A DNA stretch of 64,000 bases, taken from positions 32,001 through 96,000 of IMG/VR virus record IMGVR_UViG_3300047281_000098, one strand, 5' to 3'. The notes beneath the pieces are model-generated. The model ran no database searches. It was not told where the DNA came from and was given only the letters and a program-made list of their open reading frames with translations. Positions within the stretch are counted from its first letter, which is position 1; every line of letters starts with the position of its first letter. This DNA comes from a virus. Of the stretch, positions 27,259 through 36,897 are shown one piece after another. Both the position numbers and the translations under genes were made by a program.

Positions 27259-27717
27259 ATGAGCTTTACTATTACATGTTACACGCTGTTTGATATCACC
27301 CCGACAGGAGTAATCAATAGACAGCGACCAGGCCCTGATCAGGATATGAATATGTGGCTTCATAAAAGAAACACACAATGTAATTTTGATACAGTGATCC
27401 AATCAGTTTCTCTTAGGTCTCAACCTGAAGTCACTCGTCTTCCAGAAAAAATACAAATACGATTTGATGAGTTTGATAAGTTTGGATTTTTGTTTGAACA
27501 ACAAGAAGATGAATTGTACAATTGTTGGTCATTTGATTTTGAGATACAACATCCAAGTGTGTTCGACAATGGAATCACTGAATTAGGAGCATTATATAGT
27601 GATTGCGATAATGTTCCAATGATCAAATGTAGTACTACATGGGATAAGTTACCCTCATTTCTAGATACATCTGATGAGTTGCGTAATATATATTTTAAGG
27701 TATCAAAGTATGAATAA
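27259..27717 (+). CDS. Late hypothetical protein
   Basis: TAAATA 27249, then 4 nt, then ATG. Confidence 0.7.
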   Translation: MSFTITCYTLFDITPTGVINRQRPGPDQDMNMWLHKRNTQCNFDTVIQSVSLRSQPEVTRLPEKIQIRFDEFDKFGFLFEQQEDELYNCWSFDFEIQHPSVFDNGITELGALYSDCDNVPMIKCSTTWDKLPSFLDTSDELRNIYFKVSKYE

Positions 27718-28216
27718 CAAAAAAATGGCAGTCGTCGAGAAAGCCATAAAACACGGCATGCTCTCTGATATGAGAAATATCATCATTTATCAAGAGCCAG
27801 ACGGTACTTATCAACTTTTCAATAAGTACACCATACTCAGAATAGCTTCTGGTGAGTTCGTTGTCGGAAGTAATACTGTTACTAAACATACAACATTTTA
27901 TAATCTACAAAACGCAGCTGCCTGGTGTATTTTTGATGTGCAGGATAAAGTGCGTGAATCATCACGAATAGCTGAGTTAGATTACAGACTAAGTAGCATT
28001 GACATTGATATAGCAATTCATAACAAACTATTCAAAAAGAGCAAGAATACAGAAGAAAAATTGATATATATTGCTAAGCTTGATGATGATAGATTGAAGA
28101 AGACATTGATCACCGATGAACTTCATATGTATTTGACTGATTCAAAAAGATGGCAAACAAAGCGATTTGATCAAAAACCAGACAATAATATAAGAAAGAT
28201 AAATACTACATACTAG
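27710..28216 (+). CDS. Hypothetical protein
   Basis: Probable start at the ATG overlapping the previous stop; coiled-coil-like C-terminus. Confidence 0.6.
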   Translation: MNNKKMAVVEKAIKHGMLSDMRNIIIYQEPDGTYQLFNKYTILRIASGEFVVGSNTVTKHTTFYNLQNAAAWCIFDVQDKVRESSRIAELDYRLSSIDIDIAIHNKLFKKSKNTEEKLIYIAKLDDDRLKKTLITDELHMYLTDSKRWQTKRFDQKPDNNIRKINTTY

Positions 28217-28230
28217 TTTTGGAACACACT

Positions 28231-28935
28231 ATGAAATTAACTGAATTTAACAACACCACTCTTGCTACTGCTAAAAAAGCATTAACAGAAAATTACAACT
28301 TACCATTTAATGTAGGTAATCTCTCACCTTCAGCTACTAATGCCATGCTACAAAAAGTTCGTGGTTTAATATCTGAGACCAGAGAATCGTCTGACTTCTA
28401 TTCAAGTCAGAACAATCCTGCATACATGAAACTTATGTTCATGAGTCAGGCATTGACTAATCAGATGAACGAATTCAGATCACGGGCATCTACTCGTATT
28501 GTAGTAGAAAACGAAGAAGTTGAGAAATCACAAGTAGTTTTAGCTGCTCAGGATATGGTAGATAGCATTCAAAAAATGCTTGAACAAGTAAGCGATATGT
28601 TAGTAAAAGAAATGCCTGCACTAGTTGATAGCATTCAAAGTGAAATTGGTGTTAATGAAAGTGAACAGTTTAGTTCTCAAGCTGGTGAAGCATTGACTTC
28701 ATTAACTGCTGCTCTAACTCAATCAAAGACCGGGCTTCAAGGCGCATTAGGTGTTGTCACTGGACAAGGCGGCATGGAATCTCCAGCGGCATTTGGTGAT
28801 GAAGATATGGGCGATGCTGAAATGGCCCCTCCTGAAGAAGACATCGAAGACTCGTTCCCACCTGAAGAAGAAGACCTAGCTCCTGAAGAAGAACTTGGTG
28901 CTCCCGTTGCTGATGTTGGTCGCGCAAGAAGATAA
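28231..28935 (+). CDS. Putative prohead core/scaffold-like protein
   Basis: Late TAAATA 28200; MKLTEF start; helical with acidic tail ending GRARR. Confidence 0.5.
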   Translation: MKLTEFNNTTLATAKKALTENYNLPFNVGNLSPSATNAMLQKVRGLISETRESSDFYSSQNNPAYMKLMFMSQALTNQMNEFRSRASTRIVVENEEVEKSQVVLAAQDMVDSIQKMLEQVSDMLVKEMPALVDSIQSEIGVNESEQFSSQAGEALTSLTAALTQSKTGLQGALGVVTGQGGMESPAAFGDEDMGDAEMAPPEEDIEDSFPPEEEDLAPEEELGAPVADVGRARR

Positions 28936-28937
28936 CA

Positions 28938-29261
28938 ATGTTACTTCACGAGTTTACTGGTCCAAATGATGTAGCCGTTCAATTAGTCGGGGCTATGAGC
29001 CAACTAAAAAGTAGTATTGATGACGGACAAGCAAAAAATGATTGGACAGTTGATGAGTTACTCAGTTACCTTAAGGGAAATGATATACACATTGACAAGT
29101 CTGACTTGTTTAATATGATTAAAAAGCCACCTCTTCAAAATATGATTTCCAATATCCAAGGTGAAGAGGTTGTCTTTAAGGGACAAGAGACAATTGCTGC
29201 TCCTGACCAAGATCAAAACAAGAAAATTGTCAAAGCAATGGCACACAGTGCAGCAAAATGA
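28938..29261 (+). CDS. Hypothetical late protein
   Basis: MLLHEF start; coupled to neighbouring genes. Confidence 0.65.
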   Translation: MLLHEFTGPNDVAVQLVGAMSQLKSSIDDGQAKNDWTVDELLSYLKGNDIHIDKSDLFNMIKKPPLQNMISNIQGEEVVFKGQETIAAPDQDQNKKIVKAMAHSAAK

Positions 29262-29578
29262 TAACTATCACTGATAAAGCAGCAGCGAAAGTAAAACAAA
29301 CAATCGCTAAGCGAGGCAAAGGATTAGGACTCAAAGTTGGAGTCAGGACGACCGGATGTTCCGGTCTTGCCTATGTGCTTGAATTTGTTGATGTCACACT
29401 ACCAGATGATATAGTAGTTGACTGTAGCGGATGTAATTTATACATTGACCCCAAAAGTTGTGCTTATGTTCAGGGTATGGTAATAGATTATGTTCGAAAC
29501 GGACTCAATGAAGGGTTTGAGTTCAGCAACCCAAATGAGCGTGATCGCTGCGGTTGCGGAGAGAGTTTTAGAGTATAG
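29258..29578 (+). CDS. iscA: A-type Fe-S cluster carrier IscA/HesB
   Basis: ITITDKAA, TTGCSGLAY, F.F.NPN....CGCGESF. Confidence 0.93.
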   Translation: MITITDKAAAKVKQTIAKRGKGLGLKVGVRTTGCSGLAYVLEFVDVTLPDDIVVDCSGCNLYIDPKSCAYVQGMVIDYVRNGLNEGFEFSNPNERDRCGCGESFRV

Positions 29579-29628
29579 TTATCCGAATTAATTGACAGTT
29601 ATACTATAATCAACTATAATTGACTATA

Positions 29629-30318
29629 ATGTATATTCCAAATAAATTCAACTATGTTGCGCTTCCTCGCGAAACTATCGCAGACGGTACACGTAAATAT
29701 GCTACCCCTGACGGCGAGAAGCTTCCTAGTGTTACTACAATTCTCGGCGCAACTACGCCTGAAGAAAAGAAATTGGTGCTACAGAACTGGCGTAAGAGAG
29801 TAGGTGCTGCGAAGGCACAAGAGATTACTACTGAAGCTGCCGGGCGCGGCACCCGGATGCACAAGTATCTTGAAGACTATATTAAAACAGGCGTACTGTC
29901 TGCTCCCGGTAGTAACCCTTATAGTATTCAAAGTAATTCAATGGCAAAGACTATCATTGACCAAGGGCTTGTAAATTGTAATGAATATTGGGGGACAGAA
30001 ATTCCAGTATATTTTCCTAAAATTTACGCAGGAATGACCGACTTAGCAGGAGTTCATTCCAATGGTGAATCAATTATGGATCATAAGCAAACGAATAAGC
30101 CAAAGAAGAGAGAATGGATCGATGATTATTTCATTCAGCTTTGTGCTTATGCCGCTGCCCATAATGAATTACATGGAACAAAGATTCGCAAAGGAGTTAT
30201 CTTTATGTGCGATCCTACATGCGCCTATCAAGAATTTATTATAGAGGGTGCTGAATTTGACAAGTACTCGGACATGTGGTGGAAACGAGTTGAAGAATAC
30301 TATACAAAGTTTCTATAG
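29629..30318 (+). CDS. PD-(D/E)xK exonuclease
   Basis: LPSVTTIL, RGT.MH, E, YAG.TD, DHKQ, QL.AYA. sigma70 promoter at 29592-29620. Confidence 0.85.
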   Translation: MYIPNKFNYVALPRETIADGTRKYATPDGEKLPSVTTILGATTPEEKKLVLQNWRKRVGAAKAQEITTEAAGRGTRMHKYLEDYIKTGVLSAPGSNPYSIQSNSMAKTIIDQGLVNCNEYWGTEIPVYFPKIYAGMTDLAGVHSNGESIMDHKQTNKPKKREWIDDYFIQLCAYAAAHNELHGTKIRKGVIFMCDPTCAYQEFIIEGAEFDKYSDMWWKRVEEYYTKFL

Positions 30319-30363
30319 CCCAAAGTTTCTGTAACAGATAAATAAGTATGAGGAATCATACTT

Positions 30364-33285
30364 ATGGCAATTATCCAAATTTCAAAATTACAACAGCGTT
30401 CAGGCAATCTAGTAGACTTACCACAATTAGATGACGCTGAATTTGGGTGGGCATCTGATTCCAAACGACTGTTCATCGGTAAATCTACCCCTAATGAAAA
30501 TATTGAGGTTCTAACTTCATACTCAAATATTAGCTTTAGTCAAATAAATGGTAGTATTGGTAATTTAAATATAACTGCTGCTTCAGCCGGGCAAGTACTA
30601 AGTTATGATGGTACTAATTGGATCAATTATACTGGCACAGGCTTAGCTGGATCAGGTAATTTACAGTTAGGTAATGTCTCGAATGTTCGGATAGCAGGCG
30701 GTGCTATTGGGTATGTATTACAAACAGACGGGCAAGGTAATTTATCTTGGACACCTAAAACTACAGTTACTGCTACTATAAAGGGATTAAGTGCTGCCAC
30801 TCCGGTTGTTATGACTGTTGACGCCAACACTCCGTATACTAACGCAACACAAGTAACTATTTCAGGAGCTACTGGAGCCGGCAATACCATTGTTAATGGA
30901 TTAAGCTTTTATGTTAAAGTAGCTACAAATTTCCCAACTACTGGCAATGTATCACTTTACACTGATGCTACTCTGCTGACTGCCCTAGTAGGCACCGGTA
31001 TTGTGTACACAGCAAATTCTGGTATCGCAGTGTCAACTATTAGCGGATCAGGTACTAGTGCTGCCGGCGGCGCATCAACATCAATTCAATATAATAATGG
31101 TGGTATCATCACAGGTTCAGCAAACTTAACGTTTGATTTTACCACTAATTTATTTACTGTATCTGGTAATGCTAATGCGGGGAATATTAACACCTCAGGA
31201 GTTGTTACCTCAAGTAGAGTTATCTCAAATATAGCAACCGGTACAGCGCCACTAACTATAACAAGTTCAACTCTTGTGCCTAACTTATATGTTGCACGAG
31301 CGAATGTAGCTGATTTCGAAGTTGTTACTACCCGAACAACCGGTACATTTTACCCAACTTTTGTCAGCGGAAATACTACTGCGAATTATTCGCAATCATC
31401 TAATGCTAATTTATCTTTCAATGTAGCCACTGGCGCACTAGCTGCTACTCTATTGACAGGTACATTAACAACAGTAGCACAGCCAAACATTACAAGCGTA
31501 GGTACTTTGACATCAGTAGATGTTACTGGTATTGCTACAGTAGGAGATATTCAAAAGACTGGTACAGCCGGTGACACACTGAGTATTTTTGGCGCAGGAA
31601 ATACAAATGTTAACGGGGCAGGTGGCATCATTCAAGTTTTTGCGGGTGATGGTAACGGTACAGGAACGGGCGGTGCTCTATCACTGAACGCCGGTACAGC
31701 AAATTCTAGTGGTAACGCAGCAGGTGGTATGACCGAACTTAGGGCAGGAGAAGGATATGGTCAAGGTCAAGGCGGTACGGTAGGTATCTATTCAGGTGCG
31801 TCTGCTAATACATATGGTGCTACAGGTGGTAATATCACAATTACTGGTGGTACATATGACGGCGCCGGTGGTGATATGTCTATCACTGGCGGGCAGGCTG
31901 CTGGACTAAATCATATTGGTGGTGACATTACTGTTATAGCGGGCGCATCTACTGGTACTGGCACTTCAGGAAAAATAGTATTTCAGACATCAACAGTAGG
32001 TAGCACCGGAAACGTTGTACAAACATTATCTGATAGAGTTATCATTGATGGCACGCAGATGAATGTTAGATTCACGACTGCCTCATCATCAACTACAACA
32101 GGAGCCTTAGAAGTTGCAGGTGGAGTAGGAGTTGTTGGGAATGTCTATGCAGGCGCTTTCTACGGAGCAGCTACTGGATTGACTTCAATCCCCGGTGCTA
32201 ATGTCTCAGGTACTGTCCCACTTGCTACTACAGCAGGTACAGTAACAACTGCTGCCCAACCAAATATTACATCAGTTGGTACTTTAACTGCTCTGTCAGT
32301 GACAGGTAACATCTCAGGTGCCAACATAACTGGTACGCATTATGGTGCAGCTACTGGATTAACTTCAATCCCTGGTGCAAATGTAACTGGTACTGTCCCA
32401 CTTGCTACAAGTGCTACTACAGCAGGAACAGTAACAACTGCGGCGCAGCCAAACATCACTAGTACAGGTACTTTAACTGCTCTTGTGGTAACCGGTAACA
32501 TTACATCAGGTAATGCTAACTTAGGTAACTTGTTAATTGCTAACTTCCATCAAGGAACTTTAACAACTGCTGCCCAGCCAAATATCACTTCCGTCGGGAC
32601 GTTGACAAGTTTAAGCGTCAACGGAACAACAACTGGTGTAGCATTCACTGCTAATACAGGTGTATTTACAGGTAATGGATCTGGATTGACATCAATCACC
32701 GGTGCGAATGTAACTGGCACTGTGGCTAATGCGACATACGCAGTAAGTTCAGGTACGGCAGGAACAGTAACAACTGCTGCTCAGCCAAATATCACTTCTG
32801 TTGGAACATTAAGTTCATTAACTACTACTATAATAACATCCGGAGCTAATACAACCGCAGGAACTATTACTGGTAATTGGGGACTAAGCGCAGGATCTAA
32901 GCTGACAGCTACTTATGCTGACTTGGCTGAGTATTACACTGCTGACCAGTTCTATGCCCCGGGTACCGTGTTGGCGTTTGGTGGAAGTCAAGAAGTAACA
33001 ATAGCCAAAGATTCAACCAATAAGGTAGCTGGCGTAGTGTCTACTAATCCTGCGTATGTAATGAACTCTCTCTGTAAGGGTGAATTTATTGTCGCATTAG
33101 CTCTACAAGGAAGAGTCCCGTGTAAGGTTCGCGGAACTATCGCTAAAGGTGATATGTTAGTAAGTGGCGGTGACGGCTACGCCAGACCGGCAACGACTCC
33201 ATTAATGGGAACTGTTATCGGAAAAGCATTAGAAAATTTCTCAGGATCAGATGGCATCATAGAAGTCGCAGTGGGAAGATTATAA
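30364..33285 (+). CDS. Tail fibre/spike with TAAQPNITS repeats and C-terminal chaperone/autoproteolytic-like domain
   Basis: MAIIQISKLQQRSG N-terminus; Gly/Thr repeats; C-terminal YADLAEYY...GVVSTNPAY.MN...AL.GRVPCKV. Confidence 0.75.
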   Translation: MAIIQISKLQQRSGNLVDLPQLDDAEFGWASDSKRLFIGKSTPNENIEVLTSYSNISFSQINGSIGNLNITAASAGQVLSYDGTNWINYTGTGLAGSGNLQLGNVSNVRIAGGAIGYVLQTDGQGNLSWTPKTTVTATIKGLSAATPVVMTVDANTPYTNATQVTISGATGAGNTIVNGLSFYVKVATNFPTTGNVSLYTDATLLTALVGTGIVYTANSGIAVSTISGSGTSAAGGASTSIQYNNGGIITGSANLTFDFTTNLFTVSGNANAGNINTSGVVTSSRVISNIATGTAPLTITSSTLVPNLYVARANVADFEVVTTRTTGTFYPTFVSGNTTANYSQSSNANLSFNVATGALAATLLTGTLTTVAQPNITSVGTLTSVDVTGIATVGDIQKTGTAGDTLSIFGAGNTNVNGAGGIIQVFAGDGNGTGTGGALSLNAGTANSSGNAAGGMTELRAGEGYGQGQGGTVGIYSGASANTYGATGGNITITGGTYDGAGGDMSITGGQAAGLNHIGGDITVIAGASTGTGTSGKIVFQTSTVGSTGNVVQTLSDRVIIDGTQMNVRFTTASSSTTTGALEVAGGVGVVGNVYAGAFYGAATGLTSIPGANVSGTVPLATTAGTVTTAAQPNITSVGTLTALSVTGNISGANITGTHYGAATGLTSIPGANVTGTVPLATSATTAGTVTTAAQPNITSTGTLTALVVTGNITSGNANLGNLLIANFHQGTLTTAAQPNITSVGTLTSLSVNGTTTGVAFTANTGVFTGNGSGLTSITGANVTGTVANATYAVSSGTAGTVTTAAQPNITSVGTLSSLTTTIITSGANTTAGTITGNWGLSAGSKLTATYADLAEYYTADQFYAPGTVLAFGGSQEVTIAKDSTNKVAGVVSTNPAYVMNSLCKGEFIVALALQGRVPCKVRGTIAKGDMLVSGGDGYARPATTPLMGTVIGKALENFSGSDGIIEVAVGRL

Positions 33286-33408
33286 TTATATACAGTCTTA
33301 TTCCAAAAGAAGTAAGATAAATAAACTCATACACTCTCATTCGGAGAGTTTATGCTGTAACCCACAGCGTAGTGACTAGAACTCACTAATACTTCAAAGG
33401 AAAATCAA

Positions 33409-34587
33409 ATGGGACGTCCACTAAAAATCGCCAAGGCACAATTCATTGGCATCATCACTGCTACCACAGCAACAACAAACGTAGTAACTTTTTCACCTGC
33501 GACTAGTAGTACAGCAACATTTACAATAGGCATGCCGATTGTATCAGCTACTTCTGTTGGTAATATTGTCGCAGGAACAACATACTGGGTTCTAACTTTA
33601 CCTAGTACAACATCAATGACTCTTAGTGAAACTTCATTAGATGCCAATCGTGATCGCACATCATTTCCATTGTCAACAACGACTGTTCAAACAGTCCCGT
33701 TCACTGTTGGTGCAGTTGATACAGGATTCAACAACCCAAACGGATTATCAAATACGTATGGCGTAGTGGGTGGAAACACAGGTATCGTTGGTAATCAAGT
33801 GTTGGCTCGCATTGCTATCGGTGTCGCTGGAATTGGTACTATCGAAAGTACATCAGGAAATACTAAAGTATACGGTATTGGTACTGACTTTGCAAATACA
33901 GCAGCGGCCGGATCATCAATCTTCAGTACTACTTCAGGTTTACTAGGTTTCTCAGCTTCTGTCGCAGCTTCAATCAGTGTTACAGCAACTACTATTACAA
34001 CAAATGTTGTTACTGTTTCTGACAATACTGGTTTAGTATTGAACAAACCAATCGTATTCAGCGAAAGTATTGGTAATATCATTGCTGGTACAGTGTACTA
34101 TGTGAAGTCAATCAACATCGACGGTGTATCTATCACTATCTCAGCAACTTCAGGCGGTGCAGTATTTGTATTGGCAACTGCTGCTAGTATTACATGTACT
34201 GCTCTTCAAGATACTGTTACTCTAGTTGCTATTTCTCCTGCAACAGTAACAACTACTGATTGGGTTCATGCTAAAGACGAAGCTGGATATCTTATTCGTC
34301 AAAAAGGTCGTAGCAAGTTCTTAGTTGAAGGTCTTACTACCGGGTTGATCGGTCCTTGCTTTACTGCTAATGTTGCTAATGCTGCTCTAACTGCCAACAC
34401 AATGAGCATTACTGCTACTGACGCTGGATCAGCTACAATCTACATTGATCGTTTATCTGATCACAATGCTGATGGATTTGGTAATGTAACTACTGCGTTA
34501 CCGTATACAGTAACATTCAATACTGCGCAAGTTGCGAATGCTAATCCTGGTCAGCCTTACCCAATCATAACTATCAACGCGGCATAA
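33409..34587 (+). CDS. Virion structural protein
   Basis: Late TAAATA 33318; MGRPLK start; Thr-rich beta domains. Confidence 0.55.
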   Translation: MGRPLKIAKAQFIGIITATTATTNVVTFSPATSSTATFTIGMPIVSATSVGNIVAGTTYWVLTLPSTTSMTLSETSLDANRDRTSFPLSTTTVQTVPFTVGAVDTGFNNPNGLSNTYGVVGGNTGIVGNQVLARIAIGVAGIGTIESTSGNTKVYGIGTDFANTAAAGSSIFSTTSGLLGFSASVAASISVTATTITTNVVTVSDNTGLVLNKPIVFSESIGNIIAGTVYYVKSINIDGVSITISATSGGAVFVLATAASITCTALQDTVTLVAISPATVTTTDWVHAKDEAGYLIRQKGRSKFLVEGLTTGLIGPCFTANVANAALTANTMSITATDAGSATIYIDRLSDHNADGFGNVTTALPYTVTFNTAQVANANPGQPYPIITINAA

Positions 34588-34588
34588 T

Positions 34589-35053
34589 ATGGCGTCATCG
34601 TACCATACAGTATCAACACCAGCGGTATTAGATATATCGCTGATGATTGCTGCGGAAGATGACCCTAAGCAACGAGCCTTCTTGATTGTTTTAAACTCAA
34701 TCAATTTGGCTTTGGAAGCAAATACGGTTACAGTTAAGGATATAAGCTTTAAACTAGAAACACATTTGCTTGCCTACAATCAGAGTACAAAGAACAGCGA
34801 GGAAATTATTAATAAAGGCAAAGGTGCTTGGAAAGTTATCGCATGGGTGATTGGTATTGCTCAAGTGGGTTGTTTAGCAGCATGGATTCAACTAAGAACT
34901 GATTTGACTGAATTGACTACTAATTCCAGAAATACTCAGATAGCTGATGTAAAAGTAAACGCAAGACTTGATGCTCTTGAAGGGAATAAAACAAAAGCAG
35001 CAGAATCAATTGTGTCTACTCCCTCTACGACACATATAATTCGAACTAAGTAA
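34589..35053 (+). CDS. Membrane protein (one TM helix plus coiled coil), possibly lysis-related
   Basis: Hydrophobic segment WKVIAWVIGIAQVGCLAAWI. Confidence 0.5.
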   Translation: MASSYHTVSTPAVLDISLMIAAEDDPKQRAFLIVLNSINLALEANTVTVKDISFKLETHLLAYNQSTKNSEEIINKGKGAWKVIAWVIGIAQVGCLAAWIQLRTDLTELTTNSRNTQIADVKVNARLDALEGNKTKAAESIVSTPSTTHIIRTK

Positions 35054-35078
35054 AAAAAGCCCATTAGGGCTTTTTTTT
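35052..35078. terminator. Bidirectional terminator between convergent genes
   Basis: A7-GCCC-ATTA-GGGC-T8. Confidence 0.8.
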
Positions 35079-35480
35079 CGTCAACGCATTCAGTTTTTCC
35101 TGTACTATATCGAAATTAACTGTGCTAAGTAATCCGGGATGCAGAGGTTTAGGATATTGATTATCTCCTACCCAGGCATAGCCACAATGTTCACTATTCA
35201 GGATAGGAGTAAATTCTTCTTCTACTTCACAGAAGAAGGTATTGTAAGTAAATGAATGATTTACAAATTTCTGAATAGGGATTAGCTTACCTAATTTAGG
35301 AAAATACCCTAATTCTTCTTCGCATTCACGAGTAACGCCATCTAGCAGAGTTTCATCACGGTTGACTTTGCCACCTGGCAATCCCCAATTGTATGGATTT
35401 CTAGAATCAGTGCGGAGTAGATATAGATATCGTCCGGTGTTACTACTATAAAAAAATACTCCGGCTGAATTATTACGCAT
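35064..35480 (-). CDS. NUDIX hydrolase
   Basis: WGLPGGKVNRDETLLDGVTRECEEELG Nudix box; LNSEH..YAW; LHPG. Confidence 0.9.
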   Translation of the reverse strand: MRNNSAGVFFYSSNTGRYLYLLRTDSRNPYNWGLPGGKVNRDETLLDGVTRECEEELGYFPKLGKLIPIQKFVNHSFTYNTFFCEVEEEFTPILNSEHCGYAWVGDNQYPKPLHPGLLSTVNFDIVQEKLNALTKKKP

Positions 35481-35515
35481 ATAATGATTTATCACATTAT
35501 ATGCGTCACTGAATA

Positions 35516-36886
35516 TTAAATTACAATGCTATAGTCACCTTGATCATACCAACCTTCCCAAGATTTCATCCAAGATTGATCGGTGTATCTATATTGGACA
35601 GCAGTGGCCAAGTTAGTAACGTATTGAACAATTGTATCTGCGTTGCTATCAAAACTAACGAACCATTGCCCTGTAATTGAATTATATTCAATTATATCAT
35701 TAGCATACGCAATGACCCCACCCCAAGAAATTGTTGTATCACCTAGGTGTCCAATATTATCTACTATCAAATAGCGTCTGCCATGAACCGGAGCAGGTAA
35801 CCCTGCATTGGGACCAGTAACTAATGGGTTAATCACACTATCAACTGGTTCTAATGTATTTTGTGGTAACGTGTCAATGTCAATTGTATAAGTTAGCAAT
35901 CTATCATCAGCTGGATCAAGAACTATAGTACCTACTATGTCAGTGTCCATATATGGATTTTGTAACCAAATTTGTGAAATTCCCGGGCGAATAGTACCGT
36001 ATACATTCAGTACACTTGACCAATATACTGAGGTATCAGGACTAGGAGGGATAGTTAAATCATCATTACCTGGATAAAAATCTTGATTAGCAGGAAGTAT
36101 TTGTAGTGTGTTGCCAACTAATAGTAAGTTATATCCATATGGGGTTATCTTTTGTCTAGTACCTAATAACAAATCATCATCTTTAATATCAGACAGCGCA
36201 GTTTTTTGAAATATAGAAGCAATGATTTTTTCAACAACTCCTAATTTTTTAAGTTTAGCCGGAGAGCTTAACCAGACTGGCATATAGAATTTCCAACTCA
36301 GCACATCAATTGGATTAGCAGTTCCCTGTGGTATAGTCTTTGATGAAAATGTTAATCCATCTTGATATACAACGCTCAACGAAGTCCAGTCAATAAAATT
36401 GTCAGTACTTTGGATTTCCAGCGCCGGGTTGAATAATGTACCCAATTGCTCTATTAGTTCAAGTTTTTGATTGTAGTTAGTAGTCCAAAACTCTACATTA
36501 AGTCTGAGCGTATACGGCACTGGCATTAATCGTTCAACAGTAAACGCTTGTCCTTGAGTAGTTTCGTATTCTTGAGTTTCACTATTATATGCACGTTGTC
36601 GCACATTAATCTTGTCAATAAAAGTAGGACTCTGTGTTCTTCGCTGATCATATTCTAATCCGCTAATATAGAATGTGATCATAGGGGCACTAGGTAAATT
36701 GCTGGCACTGTTGTTAGCAATAATAGTAGCAGCTTGTCTACTTGAATCACCGTACATAACAGGGACTCTAACAATGATATCATTACCGGCTGGATCTTTG
36801 CCCCGTGTAACTTCCCAGTTACTGAAAATTTTTGCGAATTGAATCAGAAATCTGCGTATCTGATTATCATAGAAGTATGCTGCCAA
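35516..36886 (-). CDS. Tail terminator/sheath stabiliser gp15-like, with C-terminal extension
   Basis: YFYD.QIRR, VPVMYG, YDQRR, MPVPY.L, EQL..LFNP. Confidence 0.75.
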   Translation of the reverse strand: MAAYFYDNQIRRFLIQFAKIFSNWEVTRGKDPAGNDIIVRVPVMYGDSSRQAATIIANNSASNLPSAPMITFYISGLEYDQRRTQSPTFIDKINVRQRAYNSETQEYETTQGQAFTVERLMPVPYTLRLNVEFWTTNYNQKLELIEQLGTLFNPALEIQSTDNFIDWTSLSVVYQDGLTFSSKTIPQGTANPIDVLSWKFYMPVWLSSPAKLKKLGVVEKIIASIFQKTALSDIKDDDLLLGTRQKITPYGYNLLLVGNTLQILPANQDFYPGNDDLTIPPSPDTSVYWSSVLNVYGTIRPGISQIWLQNPYMDTDIVGTIVLDPADDRLLTYTIDIDTLPQNTLEPVDSVINPLVTGPNAGLPAPVHGRRYLIVDNIGHLGDTTISWGGVIAYANDIIEYNSITGQWFVSFDSNADTIVQYVTNLATAVQYRYTDQSWMKSWEGWYDQGDYSIVI

Positions 36887-36897
36887 AATGATTTCCT

